Shown here: positions 29,333 through 38,962 of the stretch, piece by piece
Layout: each line of letters starts with the position of its first letter
Numbering within the stretch: the stretch's first letter is position 1
NCBI GenBank assembly: GCA_023246355.1
Contig: JAHFIQ010000003.1
Coordinates: 13,968 to 77,967, forward strand
Direction: 5' to 3'
Length of the DNA stretch: 64,000 nt
Source: Candidatus Uhrbacteria bacterium
Lineage (GTDB): Bacteria; Patescibacteriota; Patescibacteriia; UBA9934; GWF2-40-263
Notes under the pieces: model-generated
Databases searched by the model: none
The model's input: only the letters and a program-made list of their open reading frames with translations
Told to the model about the DNA's origin: nothing
Translations under genes and position numbers: made by a program

Positions 29333-30105
29333 AGATCAGACCATCTTTTCGGAACAGACGTCCGTGGCTTGGAGTCGTGTTGTTCTGCTCTGTGGGGATG
29401 ATGCTCTTTCTTTTTCGTGGCTGGACATTGACCGTTCTGGAGCCCATGCTCGCCTTTTTTTCTGGTGCAGCTCAGAGACTCACCTCCGAGCTCAGTTCAC
29501 AAGAAGAACAAACGCTCCGGGATCAAATCACCGCTCTCTCCATTGACCGCGCTGCCTACTTGCAATTGATCGATGAAAATTCCACGCTGAAAGCAGAACT
29601 CGGATTTCAAGAGCGCACAGGCCTGTCCTCAATTCCCGCCAGGGTCATTTCCAAAAGCTTGTCACAAACCGTCTCGCGTTTTGTTATGGATGTCGGCACC
29701 AAAGACGGCATACAGATCGGCGATCCGATCGTGACAGACGATGGTCTCTTTGTTGGAACCGTGAGATCCGTGCAGAGCGGGTCCAGCACAGCCATGGCCC
29801 TTTCTGACCCCTCACATACCACGGCCGTGAGTTTACTCAATGATCGACGAACGATCGGTGTGGGGTCTGGAACGGTCGGTGGGCTTCTGGAAATTCGGTT
29901 TATTCCTGCGGATGAGTCGATCCAGGTAAATGATTTGGTGGTCACGTCGGGACTCGAGGAAACCGTTCCAAGTGGACTGCTCATTGGCCTCGTGAATGCG
30001 GTCTCACAAGATCCAACGACTCTGTTTTTAACAGCCGTGGTTGAACCCCTTGCCGATCTTCGGCGACTCAAGTCTGTCCTTGTCCTCACGTCAGAAGCTC
30101 TATGA
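29329..30105 (+). CDS. mreC: Rod shape protein MreC
   Basis: ENSTLKAEL, VVTSGL..VPSGLLIG; operon position. Confidence 0.9.
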   Translation: MKIRPSFRNRRPWLGVVLFCSVGMMLFLFRGWTLTVLEPMLAFFSGAAQRLTSELSSQEEQTLRDQITALSIDRAAYLQLIDENSTLKAELGFQERTGLSSIPARVISKSLSQTVSRFVMDVGTKDGIQIGDPIVTDDGLFVGTVRSVQSGSSTAMALSDPSHTTAVSLLNDRRTIGVGSGTVGGLLEIRFIPADESIQVNDLVVTSGLEETVPSGLLIGLVNAVSQDPTTLFLTAVVEPLADLRRLKSVLVLTSEAL

Positions 30106-30611
30106 AACGCATCTTCCTCATCGTCTTTTTCGTGCTGCTTTCGATGTGCGAGTTGGGTTTTGTTTCCGCTCTTCCATTCCCCGTGGATCGATTGCCTCTT
30201 GTGCTCGTTGCGAGTGTCTTTTTGTTTCAATCCCTTGATGTACGACCGGCGGCTTGGTGGATGGTTCTTCATGGCGTCTTTCTTGATCTTTTACAGACGT
30301 CGTCTATTCGTTTTGAAATTGTGCCGCACGCCGTTGCAGCCCTGGTGCTGGTTCTGGCATCTCGCCACCTGTTTTCCAACCGTTCCTTTTGGGGCGTCCT
30401 GGGAACCTTTGCCTTAAGCCTTTTTGCCCTTTCTTGTACGGAGATTTTGCTCTCTATCTTCCAAGCCCTCTTTGAAGATTTCTCGCTCTCTTTTGATGTA
30501 CTTGTGGCCATGCGTCTCTGGGGTCTGGGTTTGGGGACACTGTTGCTGCTCATCTTCTTTCCTTTGACGGAGCTTCTCACACGAGCTCAAAAAAATCTGC
30601 TTTCCTTTTAA
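30102..30611 (+). CDS. mreD: MreD-like membrane protein
   Basis: Hydrophobic, GVFLDL, between mreC and mrdA. Confidence 0.65.
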   Translation: MKRIFLIVFFVLLSMCELGFVSALPFPVDRLPLVLVASVFLFQSLDVRPAAWWMVLHGVFLDLLQTSSIRFEIVPHAVAALVLVLASRHLFSNRSFWGVLGTFALSLFALSCTEILLSIFQALFEDFSLSFDVLVAMRLWGLGLGTLLLLIFFPLTELLTRAQKNLLSF

Positions 30612-30617
30612 TTTCCT

Positions 30618-32567
30618 ATGCTCTTTTCCCGATCCACTTCGCCTTCTCGTGTGTTCGTCCTCCAAGAGGATAATCGGTTTGGTTCACGCAAAACGCGAGC
30701 CTCTGAATCCCCACTGGAAATTCCTTTTTCATGGAAGGATGGCACCGAACCACAAAGAGCGTTGGGTCGAATTTCTGGTTCAATTTCCACAGGACGTTTC
30801 CGTCTCCTCTCTCTCATTCTTCTGAGCGTACTGCTTTTATTTCTTGGGCGCTCTGTTCAATTGCAGGTGGTGCGTGGCGCTTCCTATCAAGCCCTCTCGC
30901 AGGAGAACCGCTATTCCACCCAGTGGCTTATTCCACCACGCGGTGTCATTGTTGATCGACAGGGCGAAACTCTTTCCTGGAATCAATCCATTTTTGTGCT
31001 CACCATGGATCCCGTAGCCCTCCCGGAGACTGAGCAAGAGCGTTCGGATCTCTTCCTGAAGGTTGCCTCTTTAACGGGCTTGCAAATCACCGACCTCGAT
31101 CTGCTTTTTTCTAGTGCCTCTTCTAGTCAAACCCCTCTGACCGTAATGGAAGACGTTCCATATGAAACAGCTCTCCGACTCTCGACACAGCTGACGCTGT
31201 TGCCAGGGTTTTCTTTGAACACAAAATCGATCCGGAGGTATGACAGCTCCATCCCGTCCCTTTCCCAGGTGTTGGGTTACACGGGCTCCATGAACGAGGA
31301 TGAGTATGCAGAGCTCAAATCATCTGGCTATCGTCTCAGCGACGACATTGGAAAGGCAGGAGTGGAAAAAACGTATGAAGGTATTTTGAGAGGAGAGCCG
31401 GGCGCACGGATTTCGGAAGTCAACGCACGCGGTGAGGAAGTCTCGGTTGTCTCGCAGACCCAGCCCCAGGAAGCGGGAACCATGACTCTCAGCATCGACG
31501 CGGCGTTTCAAAAATTTGCTGAGCAGAAGCTGACCGAGACCCTTCAGCGCGTCGGCGCCTCCCGGGGTTCCATTGTCGCCCTGGAACCTCAGACAGGGGC
31601 TGTGAGGGCTTTGGTGAGCCTTCCGACGTTTGACAGCAACGAATTTGTCGGAGGTATCTCGCAGGATCGTTACAACACCCTTCTTTCAGATCCAAACCAA
31701 CCCTTGTTTCCTCGTGCCATCGCCGGTGAGTTTCCATCTGGCTCTATCTTTAAGCCCTACGTTGCCTATGCCGCGCTCACAGAAGGGATCGTCCAGGAAC
31801 ACACCTCGTTTCTTTCAACAGGTGGCGTTCGGATTGGTCAGTGGTTTTTTCCAGACTGGAAAGCCGGAGGACATGGTGTCACGGATGTGCGCAAAGCCAT
31901 TGCCCAATCAGTGAACACCTATTTTTACATTGTCGGTGGGGGACTGGATGATGTCACCGGGCTTGGGGTGGAGCGCATCTCTGATTACGCAGAAAAATTT
32001 GGATTCGGCAGCCCAACCGGAATTGACATACCTGGCGAAGCCGATGGATTTCTTCCGTCAAAAGAATGGAAACAAGAAGTGAAGGGTGAGCGTTGGTATG
32101 TGGGGGACACCTATCACTATGCAATCGGCCAAGGAGATTTTTTGACAACGCCCCTGCAGATGGCGGTCGCTGTTTCTGCGATTGGCAATGGAGGGCTGAT
32201 GTGCACACCCTCTGTGGTGGAATCCGTGGATGGGCTTGGCGCTTCACAGATAGGGCACGAACCTTGCCGACCATTGGATCAGCTGAACGTGCAAGCTCTT
32301 GAATTAGTCCGCGAAGGCATGCGCGAAACGGTCACGGCAGGAAGCGCTCGTTCACTCTCTCTGCTCACGCAAGCTGTTGCAGGAAAAACAGGCACCGCAC
32401 AAACACCAGGTGATCGACCGTATCATTCCTGGTTTACAGGATTTGGACCCTACGATGACCCAACGCTCACACTGGTCGTTCTGATCGAGGAGGGTGGTGA
32501 GAGCACCGATGCCGCTGTGCCACTCGCCCGAGAGTTATTCACCTGGTGGTTTGACAACAATCCGTGA
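30618..32567 (+). CDS. mrdA: Penicillin-binding protein 2
   Basis: PPRGVIVDR, SIFK (SxxK), SVN (SxN), KTGTAQ. Confidence 0.95.
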   Translation: MLFSRSTSPSRVFVLQEDNRFGSRKTRASESPLEIPFSWKDGTEPQRALGRISGSISTGRFRLLSLILLSVLLLFLGRSVQLQVVRGASYQALSQENRYSTQWLIPPRGVIVDRQGETLSWNQSIFVLTMDPVALPETEQERSDLFLKVASLTGLQITDLDLLFSSASSSQTPLTVMEDVPYETALRLSTQLTLLPGFSLNTKSIRRYDSSIPSLSQVLGYTGSMNEDEYAELKSSGYRLSDDIGKAGVEKTYEGILRGEPGARISEVNARGEEVSVVSQTQPQEAGTMTLSIDAAFQKFAEQKLTETLQRVGASRGSIVALEPQTGAVRALVSLPTFDSNEFVGGISQDRYNTLLSDPNQPLFPRAIAGEFPSGSIFKPYVAYAALTEGIVQEHTSFLSTGGVRIGQWFFPDWKAGGHGVTDVRKAIAQSVNTYFYIVGGGLDDVTGLGVERISDYAEKFGFGSPTGIDIPGEADGFLPSKEWKQEVKGERWYVGDTYHYAIGQGDFLTTPLQMAVAVSAIGNGGLMCTPSVVESVDGLGASQIGHEPCRPLDQLNVQALELVREGMRETVTAGSARSLSLLTQAVAGKTGTAQTPGDRPYHSWFTGFGPYDDPTLTLVVLIEEGGESTDAAVPLARELFTWWFDNNP

Positions 32568-32624
32568 GCACGATAGCCTAAATGAGCACTCACCGAATGG
32601 CGGGTGTTCTCTTTTTAAGAATCT

Positions 32625-33080
32625 ATGCCATCGTATCTCTCCACGAAAGGACTTCAAGAAATAAAAGAAGAACTCATACGTCGGCAAAAAATTACCCGAC
32701 GGGAAATTGCTGAAAAGATTGCCAATGCTAAAGAGCTTGGTGATCTCTCGGAAAATTTTGAGTACCAGGAATCGAAAGAAGAACAAGGGATGAACGAAGC
32801 ACGGATTGCGCAGCTAGAAAATCAAATCCACGATGTGGTGATTATCGACGCTGCTTCAGGATCATCCCAGATTGGCATTGGCACGATGTTCATTGCCGAG
32901 GTTGGGGGACAAAAAAAATCGTTTACCATGGTCGGTTCCAATGAAGCGGATCCCTTGAAGGGAAAAATTAGCAACGAGTCTCCCATTGGCTTGGCATTCC
33001 TTGGCGCGAAAACAGGAGATGTTGTTTCCATAGAGGTTCCTTCTGGTACAATGAAATATACGATCGTTGAAATTCACTAA
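32625..33080 (+). CDS. greA: Transcription elongation factor GreA
   Basis: GDLSENFEY, ISNESPIG. Confidence 0.96.
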   Translation: MPSYLSTKGLQEIKEELIRRQKITRREIAEKIANAKELGDLSENFEYQESKEEQGMNEARIAQLENQIHDVVIIDAASGSSQIGIGTMFIAEVGGQKKSFTMVGSNEADPLKGKISNESPIGLAFLGAKTGDVVSIEVPSGTMKYTIVEIH

Positions 33081-33081
33081 T

Positions 33082-34563
33082 ATGATTCAAGAAGAAAAAG
33101 ATCGTCTCAGCCGACTAGAAAAGCTCCGTGCCGCTCAGATTGATCCCTATCCAACGCAAGGCCAGCGTACGCACCTGGCAGAAGAAGTGCTTCAGCAATT
33201 TGATGATCTTCTTGAAAAAAAAGTGACCGTCAAAATCCTTGGGCGCGTGCGTTTGCTTCGAAAGCATGGTGGACTCACGTTCGCTCAGATTCAAGATCAA
33301 TCTGGCATCATTCAAGTGGCGTTGCGCAAGGATGTCCTGGGTCAGGAAGCTTATGATTTTTTTCACGAGACGATTGACGTAGGTGATTTTCTTGAGGTGA
33401 GTGGGCAGGTGTTTCTCACCAAGAAAGGCGAGAAGACTGTCGAGATCGCAAACCACCGCCTGCTCAGCAAGGCGATCCTTCCATTGCCAGAAAAATGGCA
33501 TGGACTCAGTGATGTCGAAGCGCGTTTTAGAAAACGCTATCTTGATCTAATCATGAGCGACGACGTCCGGACACGACTCACGCTGCGTTCAAAGATTATC
33601 TCCTCGATTCGTTCTCTCTTGGACGCACGTGGATTCCTTGAAGTGGAAACACCGACGCTACAACCCGTCTACGGTGGGGGATTTGCCCGGCCTTTTGTCA
33701 CGCATCATAACGCCTTGGACACAGATTTTTATTTGCGCATTTCCGATGAGATGTATTTGAAGCGTTTGCTCGTGGGAGGATTTGAAAAAGTCTACGAAAT
33801 AACAAAAGTCTTTCGCAATGAAGGACTTGATCGCGATCACAATCCTGAGTTCACGATGTTCGAGGCACAGATCGCCTATGAAAATTATGAATACGGGATG
33901 GATTTGTTTGAGGAAATTTTTGAGACGGCTGCTGTACAGGCCCTTGGCTCTCCAGAAATCCAGCAGGAGGACGTGGTTGTCAGCGTCAAACGTCCATGGA
34001 AACGACTGCGTCTCATCGATGCGGTTGAAGAAATCGGTGGCGTGATGAAATCCGTGTGGACGAATCCAGAGGAAGCACGAGCGGTTTTACAAAAAAAGCT
34101 TCCCACGTCTGCACACCCTGATTTGAACCGCATGAAGACGACGGGTGAGATGATGGCCTATGCCTTTGAAATGCTCGTGGAAGAACACCTGATTCAGCCG
34201 ACGATTATCTACGACTACCCTGTGGAAGTTTCGCCCTTGGCAAAAAAATGTCCGGCAGATCCACGATTCGTTGAGCGCTTTGAAGCCTTTGCCATGGGAA
34301 GTGAAATCGGAAATAATTATTCTGAGCTGAACGATCCAGTTGATCTTGAAAAACGGTTTCTCGAAGAAAAGGACCGCGAAGCAGCTGGATTTGATGAGGC
34401 TCACCAGACGGATACGGATTATCTTGAAGCCATCAAGCACGGCATGCCTCCAGCCTGTGGTTTGGGCATTGGCATTGATCGGATGGTAATGCTTCTGACC
34501 GGTGCCAAAAATATCAAGGAAGTTATTCTGTTTCCTACGCTGCGTCCGAGCCGCGAAGGCTGA
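33082..34563 (+). CDS. lysS: Lysyl-tRNA synthetase (class II)
   Basis: LPEKWHGL, FRNEG, HNPEFTM, GIGIDR. Confidence 0.97.
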   Translation: MIQEEKDRLSRLEKLRAAQIDPYPTQGQRTHLAEEVLQQFDDLLEKKVTVKILGRVRLLRKHGGLTFAQIQDQSGIIQVALRKDVLGQEAYDFFHETIDVGDFLEVSGQVFLTKKGEKTVEIANHRLLSKAILPLPEKWHGLSDVEARFRKRYLDLIMSDDVRTRLTLRSKIISSIRSLLDARGFLEVETPTLQPVYGGGFARPFVTHHNALDTDFYLRISDEMYLKRLLVGGFEKVYEITKVFRNEGLDRDHNPEFTMFEAQIAYENYEYGMDLFEEIFETAAVQALGSPEIQQEDVVVSVKRPWKRLRLIDAVEEIGGVMKSVWTNPEEARAVLQKKLPTSAHPDLNRMKTTGEMMAYAFEMLVEEHLIQPTIIYDYPVEVSPLAKKCPADPRFVERFEAFAMGSEIGNNYSELNDPVDLEKRFLEEKDREAAGFDEAHQTDTDYLEAIKHGMPPACGLGIGIDRMVMLLTGAKNIKEVILFPTLRPSREG

Positions 34564-34564
34564 T

Positions 34565-34963
34565 ATGAAATCGAAGCGTGTGCTGGTATTTGGGACGTTT
34601 GATGGACTGCATGATGGGCACCTGTTTTTCCTGCGATCCGCAAAGGCCAAGGGAACGCATCTCATTGTTGCCGTGGCGCGAGATGCGCATGTCAAGATCC
34701 TGAAAGACAAACGACCCGTGATGAGTGAACAGAAAAGACTGGAGTCCGTAAAAAATTTGAAATCTGTTGACGAGGCCTCTTTGTGCGATGAACAACTTGG
34801 GGGATATGGCATCATTGAAGCAACCAAACCGGATCTGATCGTGTTGGGACATGACCAACGTGCGCTTGAACAAGATCTCGTCAGGTGGATGAGTGAAGCC
34901 CACCAATATCTTCCCATTTCACGACTGAAGAAAGTACCTGTAGTGAGGTCTATCGAACTATGA
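34565..34963 (+). CDS. Cytidylyltransferase family protein (RibL/TagD-like)
   Basis: GTFDGLHDGH, VARD, LGHDQ. Confidence 0.85.
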   Translation: MKSKRVLVFGTFDGLHDGHLFFLRSAKAKGTHLIVAVARDAHVKILKDKRPVMSEQKRLESVKNLKSVDEASLCDEQLGGYGIIEATKPDLIVLGHDQRALEQDLVRWMSEAHQYLPISRLKKVPVVRSIEL

Positions 34964-35394
34964 AACCCGTCAAAGATCTCGCCATCGCTGTTGCTATTTG
35001 TGAACGTGATGGAAAAATTTTGATGCTGCAGAGGAAGGATGACAATCCGTTGTGGGATAAAAAATGGGAATTTCCCGGTGGCAAGATTGAGGCAGGGGAG
35101 CAGCCTGATTCAGCGATTGATCGAGAGGTGAGGGAAGAAACAGGCTTGCCGATTATCAACTCACGGTTTTTTAAGCTCCATGATCATGACTGGGAACTCG
35201 AAGAAAAAATTTTGCGTGTGCACATTCATTGTTTTCATTGTGTCGTCGGGGATGGGGAGGCCGTTGTTGAAATAGATCACGCCTATCAGTTTGGCTGGTT
35301 TTCGCTTCAGGATGCCCTGACCCTTGATTCTCTGGAGGCGAACGACGATATTCTTAAGGCTTATTTGCATGAAACGGTATCGCACGTGGGTTGA
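34960..35394 (+). CDS. NUDIX hydrolase (MutT-like)
   Basis: WEFPGGKIE...REVREETG. Confidence 0.9.
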   Translation: MKPVKDLAIAVAICERDGKILMLQRKDDNPLWDKKWEFPGGKIEAGEQPDSAIDREVREETGLPIINSRFFKLHDHDWELEEKILRVHIHCFHCVVGDGEAVVEIDHAYQFGWFSLQDALTLDSLEANDDILKAYLHETVSHVG

Positions 35395-36508
35395 AGTGAG
35401 TGAGAGGGCTCTCACGCACAACGTGGAAACGCTGCGCTCACTGCTTGAAGATGGCGCGCGTTTTTGTGCCGTGGTGAAAGCCAATGCCTACGGTCATGGC
35501 CTTTTTGAGGTCGCGGGCATCGCTGCACGTGCAGGTGTTGATGCCTTTGCCGTAGATTCCATTGACGATGCCCTTTCACTGCGAGAGGTCTATCCGAGTG
35601 CCATGATTCTCACGCTTGGCTACACCATGTCAGATCGCTTTCGCGAGGCGCTGAGTGCCAACATTCATCTCACCGTGTCAGATCTGGAAGGGATTGAGCA
35701 AGCCCAAACCATTGGACGTGAATTGGCAAAAACATTCCCGATTCATCTGAAGGTCGAAACAGGAACCATGCGTCAAGGCGTGAACATGGAAGACCTGACC
35801 GATATGGCTCTTCATCTCTCCCGTTGTGATCGTGTTTCTCTTGAAGGTGTCTCGACACATTTTGCCAATATCGAAGACTCGGAAAATCCAGAATTTGCCG
35901 CGCGGCAGTTTTCACTGTACGAACAAGCTCTTTCTATTCTCTCAGAGCACCAAATTTGTCCGCCCTGGCGACACTGTGCCTGCTCAGCCGCGATCATTCT
36001 GTATCCGCAAACCCATCAAACCCTTGTCCGAGCGGGAATTTCTCTGTACGGCCTCTGGTCATCCGAGTTGGTAGAAAATACAGTCAGACGACTCAACCTT
36101 GGATGTGATCTTCAGCCTGTGCTCACCTGGAAGTCGAGAGTGACCCAGATCAAAACCGTCCACATGGGCACCCCGATTGGCTATGGCCTCACCGAGGTCA
36201 TGAAGCGCAGTGGAAGACTTGCGGTGATTCCTGTGGGATACTTTGATGGGTATGACCGGTTGCTTTCCTCCAAGGGGGAAGTGCTGATCAAGGGAACAAG
36301 ATGCAAAGTCATGGGAAGGATCTGTATGAATATGATGATGGTGGATGTCTCGCAGGTCCCTCAGCTTGAGAAAGAGGATGAAGTCATTTTGCTCGGAACC
36401 GACGGTCGACACCGTGTCACAGCCGAGGATCATGCTCGCTTATGCCAGACGATTCCCTATGAAGTTCTCACACGCATCAATTCTGCCTTGCCCCGTGTGA
36501 TTGTATGA
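35369..36508 (+). CDS. alr: Alanine racemase
   Basis: AVVKANAYGHG, STHFA, IGYG, GRICM. Confidence 0.96.
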   Translation: MKRYRTWVEVSERALTHNVETLRSLLEDGARFCAVVKANAYGHGLFEVAGIAARAGVDAFAVDSIDDALSLREVYPSAMILTLGYTMSDRFREALSANIHLTVSDLEGIEQAQTIGRELAKTFPIHLKVETGTMRQGVNMEDLTDMALHLSRCDRVSLEGVSTHFANIEDSENPEFAARQFSLYEQALSILSEHQICPPWRHCACSAAIILYPQTHQTLVRAGISLYGLWSSELVENTVRRLNLGCDLQPVLTWKSRVTQIKTVHMGTPIGYGLTEVMKRSGRLAVIPVGYFDGYDRLLSSKGEVLIKGTRCKVMGRICMNMMMVDVSQVPQLEKEDEVILLGTDGRHRVTAEDHARLCQTIPYEVLTRINSALPRVIV

Positions 36509-37344
36509 GTCGACGCGATTTTTTTAAACAAAACCTTCGGCATCGCTATCGAGGACGGGACCGAGAGAATCCGTATTTTCGACGCGTCAAAAAGATTCCA
36601 TGGAAAGGTCTCAGCCTCACCGTGGGTTCACTCGTTGTCCTGATCGGCCTCCTGACATTTTTGTTTGCTCATCCAGCTTTAGGAATTCAGGAGGTGGTCA
36701 TCCATGGTCTCACACACATCGACCACAAGGAATTTGAAACAGAGGTTTTGTCCTATCTCGATGAGCGAGCCTTGCTGTTTTTTCACCACAGGAATCAATT
36801 TCTCTTTTCAGACAAAGACCTTCTAAGCCGTCTTGAACAGCACTTCACGTTTGCTTCCCTGAGTGTCTCTCAAGAGGGGAAGAAGCTGTACATCGCGGTC
36901 GAAGAGCGAAGTTCAAACCTCATCTGGGTCACGGATCAAGAATATGTTGTTGATGTCCATGGGGTGGTGGTTCGACAACTCAATAGGGAACAGACGGAAG
37001 ATGCCAAGCTCGCTTCCCAGCTCCCTTTGTTTTACGACATTAACCAAGTTCCGGTCTCAGTAGGTTCAGTTGTTCTCACGGAACAGGAAATCGTGAGCGT
37101 GTTTGCGTTTCACAAAATCCTGGCCTCACAGGACATTCCATTCACGCAGACGCGTTTAAATCGTCTTGTAGGTGGTTGGATGAGTGTCGTAACACAGAAG
37201 GGCTATGAAATCTATTTTGACGTCACAGGAGACATTGAGACACAGGGAGAGGCCTTGAAAACCGTCCTGGCAGAAGAGATAGAGGATCCCGCGGACCTTG
37301 AGTATATTGATTTACGATTTGGGGATCATGTGTATTTTAAATAA
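36505..37344 (+). CDS. ftsQ: FtsQ/DivIB-like protein
   Basis: Single TM, POTRA-like region, C-terminal YIDLRF. Confidence 0.75.
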   Translation: MSRRDFFKQNLRHRYRGRDRENPYFRRVKKIPWKGLSLTVGSLVVLIGLLTFLFAHPALGIQEVVIHGLTHIDHKEFETEVLSYLDERALLFFHHRNQFLFSDKDLLSRLEQHFTFASLSVSQEGKKLYIAVEERSSNLIWVTDQEYVVDVHGVVVRQLNREQTEDAKLASQLPLFYDINQVPVSVGSVVLTEQEIVSVFAFHKILASQDIPFTQTRLNRLVGGWMSVVTQKGYEIYFDVTGDIETQGEALKTVLAEEIEDPADLEYIDLRFGDHVYFK

Positions 37345-37382
37345 CTGGGGTCAGGTCGGATTATGGACTTTCCTGAACCAGC

Positions 37383-37410
37383 TTGTCGTATAAGGCATAT
37401 TGTGCGACAC
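37383..37410. other. dif-like 11-6-11 site
   Basis: TTGTCGTATAA-GGCATA-TTGTGCGACAC. Confidence 0.4.
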
Positions 37411-37493
37411 ACTTCTTCTCTCTTCCCTTATGACTGAGGGAAGGACAGAGATTCCCCTACAAAAGTTTTAGGATCGCGAGTTTTGCAATGGTT

Positions 37494-37697
37494 TCAAATA
37501 AAATCTGTCAGGTAGACAAGCAACAACGTAATAACACCGATTAAAAAAAATGTAAGTCCAATGAGGGACAAGGCCATGATGAGCTCATCATCCTCCCCTG
37601 CCCCACGAATCATGTTGACGCTCACGCCAATAAAGATCGCAAGTGGAATCCCAGCAAAGGCCCAACCAAGAAACTTTAGAACGAATTCAAGGGTCAT
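37494..37697 (-). CDS. Small 2-TM membrane protein
   Basis: Two hydrophobic helices; last gene of the minus-strand operon. Confidence 0.6.
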   Translation of the reverse strand: MTLEFVLKFLGWAFAGIPLAIFIGVSVNMIRGAGEDDELIMALSLIGLTFFLIGVITLLLVYLTDFI

Positions 37698-37712
37698 AAT
37701 GTTGCTTAATCG

Positions 37713-37742
37713 ACGAATTACGAATGGTACGAATATACGAAT
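37713..37742. repeat. ACGAAT tandem array between genes
   Basis: ACGAAT at 37713, 37720, 37729 and 37737. Confidence 0.65.
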
Positions 37743-37750
37743 CGAAAATT

Positions 37751-38962
37751 TTAGTACGAAATTAAGTATCCGAGAGGATCCGTTGGAATCCCATCCTTTC
37801 TCACCTCAAAGTGTAGGTGAGGCCCGGTTGATAGTCCAGTGCTTCCCACAGCGCCGATGATGTCTCCACGTGCCACGAATTGATCTGCGACGACATCGAT
37901 TCGTGAAAGATGCGCGTAGAGGGTTGAGATACCATTTGCATGAATGACCATCACGTAATTTCCATAGAGCCGGCCTGTTTTTGCAAATGCGACATAGCCC
38001 GTTGCCGCTACACCAACCGGTGTTCCCGTCGCTGCTGGCAAATCAAGACCTGAGTGTTCAAACAAATTTCGAAAGGGATACGTTGGATCATGAAAATAGG
38101 TTGATATTCCTCGAAGCGTAGGGCTAAATGGCCAGGAAAGCACAGACGAATCCCCTCCCTCGTCCGCTTCACTCAACTTGCCCTCAATTTCTTGCTGCAG
38201 CAAAAGAATTTCCTGATTGATAAATGTTTGTTCCTGTTTGACCTCCTGAAGCAGGGATTGAAATGTAGATTCCGATTGTTGTGTTTGCGTGATCAAAAAT
38301 TCCTTCGAGCCTGTCTCCTCACTGAGACGATCAAGGTCTTTGTCTAGACTCTCCTCAAGTGAAACAAGGTCTGTTTTTTTGGTTTCCTCATTTGTCATTT
38401 TTTCTTCAAGCGCGGCCTTCGTGCTCCGAGCCTCATCAACCGTTTTTTTCAGATCCTCAGAAATATTGGACAGTTGTTGCAGGTTATCAAAAAGCTCGGA
38501 AAAAGAATCGTTGCTGAAGAAAAGTTCCAGCGGCACGGCCGTGTCTTCCGTTTGAATTTGTCTCAGGACTTCTGCTATCAGTGTTCGTTCGTAATCCAGT
38601 TGTTCCTGCGTGGACTGGATCTCTTCATCCAAGGACGCCAGTTCAATGTTGACCAAATCAATCGAAGCCTCGGCCGCCTCGATATCGAGTTTGGTTTTCG
38701 CAATCCGATTTTCAAGCAAATCAATTTCCCCGTACAAGGTCGCCTCCTGAGCCTGAAGGTTTTCGATTTTTTCTTTGTAGGAATCGATCTGACTGTTTAA
38801 GGCATCGATCGACTCTCGCTTCTCGTCAATTTTTGTGGAGAGGTCGTCAATGGCTGAATTGCTCTGTGCGTTTACGGTTCCGACAAAAAAGACTGGCAGG
38901 CTCAGAAGAGCCAGCAAAAACATCGTACGGCTGAGGGAATGAAGCGTTGAGCTGAGACTCAT
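37751..38962 (-). CDS. Coiled-coil M23 peptidase (EnvC/MepM-like)
   Basis: Signal peptide, long coiled coil, HSGLD, YAHL, STGPHLHFE. Confidence 0.92.
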   Translation of the reverse strand: MSLSSTLHSLSRTMFLLALLSLPVFFVGTVNAQSNSAIDDLSTKIDEKRESIDALNSQIDSYKEKIENLQAQEATLYGEIDLLENRIAKTKLDIEAAEASIDLVNIELASLDEEIQSTQEQLDYERTLIAEVLRQIQTEDTAVPLELFFSNDSFSELFDNLQQLSNISEDLKKTVDEARSTKAALEEKMTNEETKKTDLVSLEESLDKDLDRLSEETGSKEFLITQTQQSESTFQSLLQEVKQEQTFINQEILLLQQEIEGKLSEADEGGDSSVLSWPFSPTLRGISTYFHDPTYPFRNLFEHSGLDLPAATGTPVGVAATGYVAFAKTGRLYGNYVMVIHANGISTLYAHLSRIDVVADQFVARGDIIGAVGSTGLSTGPHLHFEVRKDGIPTDPLGYLISY

